Below are positions 1-8,581 of a stretch of DNA of 32,000 nucleotides, piece by piece (the stretch's first letter is position 1; the number at the start of each line of letters is the position of its first letter). A program made the position numbers and the translations under genes. The notes under the pieces were generated by a model, which was not told where the DNA came from, ran no database searches, and saw nothing but the letters and a program-made list of their open reading frames with translations. This DNA comes from Delftia acidovorans NBRC 14950 (GTDB lineage Bacteria; Pseudomonadota; Gammaproteobacteria; Burkholderiales; Burkholderiaceae_C), in contig NZ_BCZP01000022.1 in assembly GCF_001598795.1 (NCBI RefSeq), positions 1 to 32,000 on the forward strand. The letters run 5' to 3'.

Positions 1-29
1 GTCCCTCAGCCTCCCCCCTTCTGCCCACG

Positions 30-169
30 CCTGCGTTGGGCGGGATGCGGGGTGGCAGCCCTGCCGAAGGACAGGGCTGCTCCGTCATCTGACTTGCCGC
101 AGTTGTTTGAGCGGCGCGCGAAGCGCAAAGCGAGTTCTGCGGCACACCCCGCATCCCGCCCAACGCAGG
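30..169. repeat. Nested inverted-repeat element (REP/MITE-like or structured RNA)
   Basis: 30-54 (cctgcgttgggcgggatgcggggtg) is the exact reverse complement of 145-169. Two internal perfect 8-bp stems lie at 55-62/73-80 and 95-102/137-144. No convincing coding frame. Confidence 0.6.
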
Positions 170-220
170 TCGCCCGCAGCGAAGCGAAGGGTCGTGGGCA
201 GTTTGGGGCGCGCTTCTTTG

Positions 221-252
221 CCTACTTTCTTATCGCGCGATAAGAAAGTAGG
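221..252. repeat. Perfect 32-bp palindrome with AT-rich arms
   Basis: cctactttcttatcgc|gcgataagaaagtagg, with 221-236 the exact reverse complement of 237-252. Intergenic, about 80 bp downstream of the stop of the minus-strand gene ending at 331. Confidence 0.9.
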
Positions 253-330
253 TCGGCCGCCGGGCCGAAACCCGGCCTCGAAAAACAACCACCCGGCAGG
301 GGTAAAAGCAGACCAAGAGCCAGCCTCACC

Positions 331-2544
331 TCAAACAGCAGGCACCAGCCGAATCCCAGCAGCCCACCCATCCCTCTCCAACTGCCCCACCAACCCCAAC
401 TCCCAATCCAGATAAGCCCGAAACCCCGCATCCCTCAACCCCAGATCCCGATGCGCATAAGGGCTGTACCACTGGTCATCATCCCCCGTCAGCACATCCG
501 CATCCCCCTGCCCCAGCGGCAGCCCGGCAGCAGCCCAGGCAGAAGTGCCGCCAACGACGGAGCGCACATCGCGCCCCGTGCGCGCCGCCAGTTCGGCCGC
601 CACTCCACGGGCCAGCACGCCGTCCGGCGAGGTGAGCACCACGACCTGGGCCGGCGGCAGGGCCTGCACGAAGGAGGGCAGACGATCAGGCACGGCAAAG
701 CGCGCACCGGCGATGTGCTGCTTCTCGAAGGCGGGCCGGCTGTCCACGTCGAAGACGATGGCCCGGCCTTCGCCCAGCAGCTCCTGCGCCTGCTGCACGG
801 ACAGCTGGGGCGCAGGCGCGTGGGATGCGAGCACGCGCACGGGTTCGGCGCCGACCTCCAGGGTGGCCAGCGTGGGCGGAACGTAGGTGAAGACTTCCCA
901 GCCCAGCTGGGCCAGCCAGGCGCCGGTGGTGAGGGCGCGCACGCCGTCCCAGTCGGCCAGCACGATGCGTGCGCCGCGCGTGGCCGCGTATTCGTCGGTG
1001 GCCTGCACGAGCTGGCCGCCAGGAGCCCAGCGCCAGCCGGGCAGGTGGCCGGCCTGGTATTCCTCGCGGGTGCGCACGTCGAAGCGGTAGAGCGTGCGTT
1101 CGGTGGCTTCGGACTCGAAGCGGGCCAGTTCGGCCGCATTAATGGATTGCACGCCCGCGCGCTGTGCCACGCTGGCTGCGCGCTCGCGGGCGGTGGCCAG
1201 GGCGACGGCGCCGGGCTCGGGCAGCGGGGTGCGGCGGCCATGGGCCAGCCTGCGGCCGGTGAGCAGCCAGTCCATGGTGCCGTTGCGCAGCGAGACGACC
1301 GGGTTGGGAATGCCGGCGTCGATCAGGGTCTGCGCGCCCACGATGGAGCGCGTGCGGCCCGCGCAGTTGACGACGACCAGGGTTTGCGGGTCCGGGGCGA
1401 TTTCGCCGATGCGGTAGACCAGTTCGGCCCCCGGCACGCTGAGGGCGAAAGGCAGGCTGAAGGCCGCGAATTCCTCGGGCGTGCGGCTGTCGACGACGAC
1501 GATGTTGTCGCCGCGCTGCACGCGCGCGCCCAGCTCGTCCGAGGTGATCCAGGGCGTGTGCTTTTCATGCTCGATGACTTCACCGAAGGCCTTGCTGGGC
1601 ACGTTGGTGCCGCTGAAGATTTCCAGCCCCTCGGCCGCCCAGCCTTCGGTGCCGCCTTCCAGCACGGAGACATTGGGCCAGCCCAGGCGCACGAGCTTGG
1701 CCGCAGCCTCATGGGCCAGGGAGCCGTCTGCGTCCACCAGCACGATGCGCGTGCCGCGGCGCGGCACCAGGCGGTCGATGAGCTGCTCCAGCCGCCAGGC
1801 CGGGGCGGGCGCCGCGAACAGGATGTGGCGGTGCGCGAAGACACCGGCCTCGCGCACGTCGAGCACGGCGATTTCCTCGCCGTCGGCCAGGGCCTGCCGG
1901 AGCGCAGCGGGCGTGACCAGCGCATGGCGAATCGACTTGGGCGGGCCGAAGGTGCGGAAGCTGCCGCCCTCCAGGCTCTCGAAGACCACGCGCTCGGGCA
2001 TGCGCTCCAGGCCGCGCCCGTAGAAGTGCAGGTGCAGGCCGGGCTCCTCGCCGATCAGCTCGATGGTGTGCACGTCGGTGGGCGTGAGCACTACCGAGGT
2101 TCCGCTGCCCACATCGACGCTGCGGCCCACCGCCAGGGTGTCGCGCAGCGGGTCGTCGGTCTTGCCGCGTGTGAAGAATACGTTGCGCTCCACGCCTTCG
2201 ACGCCCGCGATGATGGCCCAGGTGGTGTGGTCATGCGGCGGCTGGGACTTGCCCGGCAGGCCGGTGGACAGGTACAACGCATAGCGCCCGCCCAGGTCTT
2301 CGCTGAGGCGGTAGACCTGGGCCGGGTTGCTGGCCGAGACGGGGAAGTGCGCGTGCGGGAACAGTTCGCGCTGCAGGCCCAGCGCCTCCAGCTCGCGGGC
2401 CACGGCCTGCAATTGCTCGGGCGTGGCGTGCTCCGGGTTGGGGAGCAGGCGCCGGGCCGTGGCGATGAAGCCGGTGATGGCGGCTGCGCGGCGGCTGGCC
2501 ACGTCGCTGCCGCTGAAGTCGATGGAGAGATGGGTCTGTGTCAT
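331..2544 (-). CDS. Cupin (cysteine-dioxygenase-like) domain fused to four rhodanese-like domains; sulfurtransferase-type multidomain protein
   Basis: Start chosen at ATG 2544 (MTQTHLSIDF...) rather than the track start at 2709. N-terminal cupin with PHDHTTWAIIAGVEGVERNVFF. Four rhodanese-like modules follow, one with a catalytic-type loop VVVNCAGRTRSIVGA. Confidence 0.8.
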   Translation of the reverse strand: MTQTHLSIDFSGSDVASRRAAAITGFIATARRLLPNPEHATPEQLQAVARELEALGLQRELFPHAHFPVSASNPAQVYRLSEDLGGRYALYLSTGLPGKSQPPHDHTTWAIIAGVEGVERNVFFTRGKTDDPLRDTLAVGRSVDVGSGTSVVLTPTDVHTIELIGEEPGLHLHFYGRGLERMPERVVFESLEGGSFRTFGPPKSIRHALVTPAALRQALADGEEIAVLDVREAGVFAHRHILFAAPAPAWRLEQLIDRLVPRRGTRIVLVDADGSLAHEAAAKLVRLGWPNVSVLEGGTEGWAAEGLEIFSGTNVPSKAFGEVIEHEKHTPWITSDELGARVQRGDNIVVVDSRTPEEFAAFSLPFALSVPGAELVYRIGEIAPDPQTLVVVNCAGRTRSIVGAQTLIDAGIPNPVVSLRNGTMDWLLTGRRLAHGRRTPLPEPGAVALATARERAASVAQRAGVQSINAAELARFESEATERTLYRFDVRTREEYQAGHLPGWRWAPGGQLVQATDEYAATRGARIVLADWDGVRALTTGAWLAQLGWEVFTYVPPTLATLEVGAEPVRVLASHAPAPQLSVQQAQELLGEGRAIVFDVDSRPAFEKQHIAGARFAVPDRLPSFVQALPPAQVVVLTSPDGVLARGVAAELAARTGRDVRSVVGGTSAWAAAGLPLGQGDADVLTGDDDQWYSPYAHRDLGLRDAGFRAYLDWELGLVGQLERDGWAAGIRLVPAV

Positions 2545-2778
2545 GGGAGTGCCTGGGAGGACGTTCGCGGGAGGACACGAAGTTAGGCCTCTCCCGCCCT
2601 GGCGCCAACGACGCATTGCAGATATGGATATGAGCTTTGGGCACTGCGCGCGCATGCGTGGCGCAAGCGTGACGCACGTTGTGCGGCAGCCGCATATGCA
2701 TAGCCGCAATGCTTAGTTCACGCCGCGCCAGGAGCCTCCCAGACTGCGGGCATCGACTCTCTGCACTCCGGCACTCCC

Positions 2779-3768
2779 ATGATCCGCACCCCGTCTGCGC
2801 TGCGCGCACTGCTGCTTCCCCTGTTCTCCGCCCTGGCCCTGCACGCGCCTGCGGCCCTGGCCTCGGCCGACAGCTTTCCGAACAAGCCGGTGCGCATCAT
2901 CGTGCCCGTGGCGCCAGGGGGCAGCGCCGACAAGCTCACGCGCACGCTGGCCGACAAGCTGGCCGCGCTGTGGGGCCAGTCGGTGGTGGTGGAGAACGTG
3001 GCCGGGGCCAGCGGCACCATCGGCGCGGCCAAGGTGGCCAAGGCGGCGCCCGACGGCTACACGCTGCTGCAGCAGGGCGAGGGCCTCACGCTCAACGGCC
3101 TGCTGTTCGCCCAGCTGCCCTACGACACGCAAAAGGCCTTCACGCCCATCATCAAGGCCGTGGTCAATCCGCAGGTGCTGGTGGTCAACCCCGCCACGGG
3201 CCTGAACACGCTGGGCGACTACTTGGCGCGCGCCAAGGCCAAGCCGCAGAGCATCAGCCTGGGCCTGCCCGGCAATGGCGGCATTGCCCATGTGGCGCAT
3301 GAAATCCTCACGCAGGAGACGGGCGCCAAGGTCAACTACATCCCCTACCCGGGCGGTGGCCCGGCCTCGCTGGACGTGCTGGGCGGCCATACCGACGCCA
3401 CGCTGATCACGCTGGCCGCCGTGACCGAGTACGTGCGCGCCGGCAAGCTGCGCGCCCTGGCCGTGACCACGCCCTACCGCTCCGACGCCCTGCCCCAGGT
3501 ACCCACCATGGCCGAGGCCGGCGTGCCCGGCTTCTCGGTGGAAAGCTGGCAGGGCTACTTCGCGCCGGCCGGCACGCCCGCGCCCATCGTCGCCAAGATC
3601 AACCGCGACCTGCAGACCGTGCTGCAGGCCCCCGATGTGCGCGCCCAGCTGGAGCACATGGGCTTCAAGGTGGCGGGCGGCTCACCGGCCGACCTGGGCC
3701 AGAGCCTGCAAAGCGAGCGCCCGCGCTACGCCCGGGCGATTCAGTCGGCGGGGCTGTCGCTGCGCTGA
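2779..3768 (+). CDS. Bug/TctC-family tripartite tricarboxylate transporter substrate-binding protein
   Basis: Signal peptide MIRTPSALRALLLPLFSALALHAPAALA. Bug hallmark PNKPVRIIVPVAPGGSADKLTR...PDGYTLL. About 329 aa, the typical family size. Confidence 0.9.
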   Translation: MIRTPSALRALLLPLFSALALHAPAALASADSFPNKPVRIIVPVAPGGSADKLTRTLADKLAALWGQSVVVENVAGASGTIGAAKVAKAAPDGYTLLQQGEGLTLNGLLFAQLPYDTQKAFTPIIKAVVNPQVLVVNPATGLNTLGDYLARAKAKPQSISLGLPGNGGIAHVAHEILTQETGAKVNYIPYPGGGPASLDVLGGHTDATLITLAAVTEYVRAGKLRALAVTTPYRSDALPQVPTMAEAGVPGFSVESWQGYFAPAGTPAPIVAKINRDLQTVLQAPDVRAQLEHMGFKVAGGSPADLGQSLQSERPRYARAIQSAGLSLR

Positions 3769-3772
3769 GACG

Positions 3773-6700
3773 CTAGGGCACGGCGCTCCAACGCTTGGTG
3801 TGCGGCGCCACGCCGGGCAGGACCACCGTGATGTCCGCGCTGCCGACAGCCAGCGCCTTCACGGCAAGGTCCATGCACGGCTGGCCTGCGGGCCACGCAA
3901 CGCTGGCACTGCCCACGCCAAGGACTGAAGGCTGGGAAGAGACCACGCTGGCCTGCAGATCGGCCAGCGGATAGCTGAGCATGGCCCATGAGGTATCGCC
4001 CAGGCAGATGGCATAGGACTGCTGGTCGCCCACGGTCATCTGCACATTCGCCCGATCGGGGTCATCCCACTTCCAGCGATCGAAAGACAGCCGGGGCTCG
4101 ACGACCTCAATGCGCTCGCGGCCCGGCTCGGGATAGAGATCGGGCATGGAGGGTGCCGAGACCTCCAGGTCCGTCGCGCCCAGCGCCAGTCCGAGCACCC
4201 GGGCCGTGCCGCTGTTGCCGTCGGGCGCGATCTCGACCTGTTCCTGCGCGGAGCAAATGGCCGCATCAACGCAGCGCAGCCGCGCCTGCATGGGCTGCTC
4301 GGGAAGCTCCTCGCTCCCGAGATAGGTGGGCCTGAGCACCACATCGGACGCAAACCCCCGGGCCACAGCCATGTCGCTGCAGTCGCCGCAGGGACGGTTG
4401 ACGGTGAGGCCCCGGTCCGGCAGGACACGGATGGTCTCGCTGCGTGCACCCTGGCCTCCCGGCAGGTCGGCCCCGATGCGGTAGCTGCCCGGCTGCGTGG
4501 CCTCCTCCACGAACAGCGCCGGTGTGCAGCCGCTCCAGGTCTGGATGAAGGCCTTGTCCACGACATCGCCGTCCTGCCTCAGGTCGCGGATGTGCTGGAC
4601 CACATCGGCCGGCGAGCGATCGTACAGGCCCACGTCCACGCGCATGTCCGGGGCCACGGGGCGCTGCCGGTCGTAGGGCGCGGCCTCGGGCACGGACAGG
4701 CAGGCATGGAAGCCCTGGCGCAGGGACATGTAGCGCTGCGGGGTCAGCGCAGAGCTCGCGCTGGAGATCTCGGCCGATCTGCGGGTGGACATCTCGTCCT
4801 GGACGATGAGTGCTACGGATTGCGGGCCCACCACCTCGACGGGGATGGTGGCCGTGGTCAGTTGCCGCCCCCCCGCGATCAGGCGCGTGGTGCCCGGGGC
4901 CAGGCCGATGATTTCCACGTACTCGGAGGTGCTCCACTCCGACATCTGCACAGACGAACGCACGGTCTGGCAGATCTCCGGGTTCTCGCAGCGCAAATCG
5001 ACTGACACGCCTGAATACTGGTGCAGGCTGTCCGCATCCTTGCGCCACGACACGCGCACCGCCTGCGGCGCCGTCAGGCCCTGGCCGACCACCACCTTGC
5101 CGCTGTCGGCCGTGGCCGCAAGCGACAGCACCGTGGGCATCCAGACCTCGATCTCGCGGGACTCGCCTTCCGCAAAATCGCCGTGCACGAGCACGCTGGC
5201 CCGTCCCGGGCCGACGCCCTTGACCGTGACGGGCGCGTCGTACTGGTACATCTGGCCTTCGGCCAGCTGCGTTTCGGCGGGGGCCACAGCCAGGACCGCA
5301 GGATTGGAGCTGGACAGGCGGGCCTTCAGCCCTCCTGCGGGCGGGGGCGGCAGCACCGGCGCGATGATGAAGGTCTCTTCCTCGCCCACGACGAGGATGC
5401 TGGGGGCGTAGTCGAGGCCGACGCGGACCTTGTCCGTGAACGTCAGCCAGACGGGTTCCTCGCTCAGGTAGTTGCGCGCCTTGACAAAAAGCTGCGCGCT
5501 TTCACCCACCGCTGCCGCCGTGCCCTGGATCTGGATCTCCCTGGACGTCTCCCCTGCCGCCACCTTGACGCTGGCGGGATGCACCACCCGGCCCTCGGGC
5601 GTGCTGGTCAGCTGCACCTCCACGCCTTCGGCAGGCGCGGGGTGGGACAGCTGGACCGAGGCCCGGTGGGGATGACCGATCAGCATCGCGCTGTGCGGCA
5701 CTTGAAGACCGACCCGTGGCAGGTCAGCCACCGTGATGCTGGCCACGGCCTCGCCCAGATCGGGATGCCTGGCCGTGACCCGCGTGGTTCCGAGGTTGTA
5801 AGCGGAGCCTGTGACGTTGAAATCGGCCTGCGTCCGGCCTTCCTCCAGATGCAGGCTGGAGCCGACGCTGGCGATGTGGGTGGCACCAGTCGCGAGGCTC
5901 ACGGTCCGGCCGCCCGCAGGTGCCGGCACGCCCAGGTGCAGCGTCATGGTGCCGGTCCTGTTCCTGCCCACGGTGATCTCGGCAGGCTCGATGGAGAAGG
6001 GTGCGCGCCCCACCTCGATCAGGCCACCCTCCACGAGATAGGGAATGCCCGTCAGCGCCCATTGGACGGAGGTGGTGATGACACCCGCCGGCACCAGCAC
6101 GGCATCGAGCCCATTGCCCTCGGCGCGCAGGCCGCTGCCGCGAGGCGAGGACTGCAGGTCCACGCGCAGGGCCGGCCCCTTGTGGTGGAGGATGGAAACC
6201 TGGTCCAGGCCGGGCGAGGCCCCCTCGACGACCAGGCCACTGCCGTACTCGATGCGCACATGGGCCCATTGCGTGGCCCCGCTCCGCGTCCCCGCGAGAA
6301 AGCGCCATTCGCCCCAATCGCCGGGCGCGGGCTGGGGCCGCGAAGAAGTGATGGTGATCGGCTGCTGCGCTGTGCCCATTGCGCGTACGGCGCCGTCCCG
6401 CACGGTGAAACTGGCACCCGGCTCCATCTGTATGACGAGCCCGGGCTCCAGCGTCAGCGTGGCACCGGACTCCAGCACCACATCCCCCTGCAGGAGCACG
6501 GGCGAACTGGCTGCCGGCCAGGACGCGTTGCTACTGATGGACCCGGAGATACGCATGCCCGCCTGGGCCGGCAGCATGGCGGTCATCCAAAAAAGCGACC
6601 CCACAACCATCCACGCGAGCAGACAGGCGGCCCTGCGCAGCAGGAACAAAGCCTTCCGCGGACACTGGATCTGCGCCACCTTGGCGCGCCGTCCCGGCAG

Positions 6701-6790
6701 GGAATGCCCGCCGCAGTTGCGGGAAATGGGAAAGGTAGAAACAAGGGCGCATTGCAGCAATGCGCCTCCTCCCGGCAGACTGACGCGCAT
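3773..6790 (-). CDS. Large secreted/surface protein: beta-helix-like N-terminal region followed by several Ig-like beta-sandwich repeats
   Basis: 1005-aa ORF with host-like codon bias. Hydrophobic signal-like segment LLRRAACLLAWMVVGSLFWMTAMLPAQA. N-terminal pattern GDVVLESGATLTLEPGLVIQMEPGASFTVRDGAVRAMGTAQQPITITS resembles parallel beta-helix proteins. Later segments repeat with roughly 90-100-aa periodicity. The exact start is uncertain: ATG 6790 or an internal GTG. Confidence 0.7.
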   Translation of the reverse strand: MRVSLPGGGALLQCALVSTFPISRNCGGHSLPGRRAKVAQIQCPRKALFLLRRAACLLAWMVVGSLFWMTAMLPAQAGMRISGSISSNASWPAASSPVLLQGDVVLESGATLTLEPGLVIQMEPGASFTVRDGAVRAMGTAQQPITITSSRPQPAPGDWGEWRFLAGTRSGATQWAHVRIEYGSGLVVEGASPGLDQVSILHHKGPALRVDLQSSPRGSGLRAEGNGLDAVLVPAGVITTSVQWALTGIPYLVEGGLIEVGRAPFSIEPAEITVGRNRTGTMTLHLGVPAPAGGRTVSLATGATHIASVGSSLHLEEGRTQADFNVTGSAYNLGTTRVTARHPDLGEAVASITVADLPRVGLQVPHSAMLIGHPHRASVQLSHPAPAEGVEVQLTSTPEGRVVHPASVKVAAGETSREIQIQGTAAAVGESAQLFVKARNYLSEEPVWLTFTDKVRVGLDYAPSILVVGEEETFIIAPVLPPPPAGGLKARLSSSNPAVLAVAPAETQLAEGQMYQYDAPVTVKGVGPGRASVLVHGDFAEGESREIEVWMPTVLSLAATADSGKVVVGQGLTAPQAVRVSWRKDADSLHQYSGVSVDLRCENPEICQTVRSSVQMSEWSTSEYVEIIGLAPGTTRLIAGGRQLTTATIPVEVVGPQSVALIVQDEMSTRRSAEISSASSALTPQRYMSLRQGFHACLSVPEAAPYDRQRPVAPDMRVDVGLYDRSPADVVQHIRDLRQDGDVVDKAFIQTWSGCTPALFVEEATQPGSYRIGADLPGGQGARSETIRVLPDRGLTVNRPCGDCSDMAVARGFASDVVLRPTYLGSEELPEQPMQARLRCVDAAICSAQEQVEIAPDGNSGTARVLGLALGATDLEVSAPSMPDLYPEPGRERIEVVEPRLSFDRWKWDDPDRANVQMTVGDQQSYAICLGDTSWAMLSYPLADLQASVVSSQPSVLGVGSASVAWPAGQPCMDLAVKALAVGSADITVVLPGVAPHTKRWSAVP

Positions 6791-7037
6791 TGGCGCTCCC
6801 TCGGCAATGGTTTTGGTATCAGGATATCTGAGGGGTTGAAACTCCCCCGGCAGGACCGGCTCTCTTTACCGGCCGGCCATTGTATTGGCGCTTTGTCGCC
6901 GCATCAAATTCCATTGACTGGATTTTTGACCATGGACACACATTCATCCGAGCATTCAGCCATTCCAGATCACGGCCTGTTCAATTGCATACCAACCAAA
7001 TCCATTGCATTACCCATAACCGGCCGTATGCGCTGCG

Positions 7038-7468
7038 TCATAAGAAGCAAGACAGGGCCGCCAGCACAGCCGGCCGCTGCGGCGGCCAATCGAACGCTGA
7101 AGTCCGGTTGTCCTGCCGCCATTTCCCGCACGGAGGCCCGCCAGGCTGCGCAGATCGCAGGTTGGAGCGGGTCGGCGATGGTGGGCAGGTGAAGTTGGCA
7201 GCGGCGCTCAGAAATCGCGGCCCCGTTGCCTCTTCCTGAATATGCGGCACGATGGGGTCCGCCGCAATACGCACGAAATCATCGATGGGTTATCCGCCAA
7301 TGAAGCAGCAAGCCTTGGCCAGGGTTTCCAAAACCACGCCCACGTCCAAATTCGGGAGTTTGCTGTAAATACCCGTGATGCACCGGTCGACGGCCTGCTT
7401 GTCCTCACCGCTGAACGCATGTCCCTTGTCGGGGGATGTTCCAGATAGACCCAGTCTTGCCCTGGGTA
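7038..7468 (-). pseudogene. Decayed paralog of the adjacent tautomerase-family gene (in-frame TAA plus frameshifts, no start codon)
   Basis: Minus-strand translation ...GHAFSGEDKQAVDRCITGIYSKLPNLDVGVVLETLAKACCFIGG*PIDDFVRIAADP...PGGPPCGKWRQDNR aligns with the intact gene 8094-8510 (ENAFSDEDKQAIAQRITAVYGDLPRFYVGVVFEAVARTSFFIGGEPADDFVRISVD...PGTPEGEKWRLDNR). A TAA at 7290-7292 replaces the Glu codon. The middle section matches only in a shifted frame (RRCQLHLPTIADP versus RRQLSPFIADR). Confidence 0.6.
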
Positions 7469-7584
7469 CAAGGCAACGGTTCCTGGTCCTGTGCCGCCAG
7501 GGCCGTATCCACCAGGGTCTCGGCCAACATGAAGACATGCTTGGGAAACGGCGCAGGCGTCGGCCAGGTCTGCGGTCACGTTCG

Positions 7585-8037
7585 CTACGCCAGTTCCATC
7601 TGCATGGGTACGAAGGCCACGCCGTTCTTCTCCAGCGGCGCGCTGGTGGCCCGAAAACCCAGCCTTTCGTAGGCGGGTACGGCAAACGGCGTGGAGTTGA
7701 CGGTGACGCTGCCGGCGTCCGAGTGGATGACAGACTGCAGCGCCTGCCACAGCCGCCTGGCCAGTCCCTGCCGCTGGAACGGCAGGCCAACGAACAGATG
7801 GAACAGATGGCGCCCGTCACGCAGGGCCGCCATGCCTGCCAGGGCATCGCCCTGCCTGGCAACGATGAAGAGGTAGCGGGGGTCCTGCAGGTAGGCCTTG
7901 AACGCCTCCTGCCCCAGGGCCTTCAGGAATTCCTGCGCGCCCTGGCTGCCGGAGTCCAGGGTGAAGAGGTGCGAAACGCTGGAGACCAGCGCGCTGATCT
8001 CTTCGGCGTCTTCGATGTGTGCGGGACGAATGTGCAT
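7585..8037 (-). CDS. GNAT-family N-acetyltransferase
   Basis: Start at ATG 8037 (MHIRPAHIEDAEEISALV...). Acetyl-CoA motif-A-like LFVGLPFQRQGLARRLW. About 150 aa. Confidence 0.85.
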   Translation of the reverse strand: MHIRPAHIEDAEEISALVSSVSHLFTLDSGSQGAQEFLKALGQEAFKAYLQDPRYLFIVARQGDALAGMAALRDGRHLFHLFVGLPFQRQGLARRLWQALQSVIHSDAGSVTVNSTPFAVPAYERLGFRATSAPLEKNGVAFVPMQMELA

Positions 8038-8093
8038 GGGGAAAAGGTGCAAGGGCCACGGGGCCTGCCCCCGGTCCCTCCCCCGCAAGCCTC

Positions 8094-8510
8094 TCAGTAG
8101 GCCTCAGGCCGATTGTCCAGGCGCCACTTCTCCCCCTCGGGCGTGCCCGGCACCGGCGGGCGCAGGCCCTGGATGCTCCACAGGCTGAAGGGCGTCTCGT
8201 CCACATGCATCTCCCAGCGCAGGCCACGGTCGGCGATGAAGGGGGACAGCTGCCGCCGCACGCCTTCGAGGAACCGTGTCTTGGTCTCCTCGTCGCGTAT
8301 CTGCCGCGCGATGTGGTCCACGGAGATGCGCACGAAATCATCCGCAGGCTCGCCGCCGATGAAGAACGAAGTGCGCGCGACGGCCTCGAACACCACGCCC
8401 ACGTAAAAGCGCGGCAGGTCGCCGTAGACGGCCGTGATGCGCTGGGCGATGGCCTGTTTGTCTTCATCGCTGAAGGCGTTTTCGGGGTGGTAGATCTTCC
8501 ACAGGGGCAT
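8094..8510 (-). CDS. Tautomerase-superfamily protein (4-oxalocrotonate tautomerase-like, long form)
   Basis: Start ATG 8510 gives MPLWKIYHPE with Pro at position 2, the catalytic Pro1 after Met removal. GGAGAA RBS 5-6 nt upstream. Confidence 0.8.
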   Translation of the reverse strand: MPLWKIYHPENAFSDEDKQAIAQRITAVYGDLPRFYVGVVFEAVARTSFFIGGEPADDFVRISVDHIARQIRDEETKTRFLEGVRRQLSPFIADRGLRWEMHVDETPFSLWSIQGLRPPVPGTPEGEKWRLDNRPEAY

Positions 8511-8581
8511 GGTTTTCTCCGGGTGCAAAAAAGAGGAGGTTTCGGGAAATCCGGGGTGGCGACGCGGCGGGCCGTCAGGCG

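Noticed and set aside
451-2586. 711-aa plus-strand ORF
   Set aside because: It is antisense to the well-supported cupin-rhodanese gene. The product is Arg/Gly/Ala/His-rich low-complexity sequence with no motifs, typical of a high-GC shadow ORF.
5021-7192. 723-aa plus-strand ORF. The same reasoning applies to 4266-5048, 5724-6317 and 6045-6839.
   Set aside because: These overlap the 1005-aa minus-strand gene in other frames or on the other strand. They have no recognisable domains and an Arg/Pro/Gly-biased composition.
7208-7862. ORFs 7208-7750 (180 aa) and 7290-7862 (190 aa) as genuine genes
   Set aside because: They overlap the GNAT gene in other frames. Only their 3' portions show similarity, to the tautomerase paralog, and that similarity continues across a stop codon and frame changes. 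They are therefore interpreted as a pseudogene.
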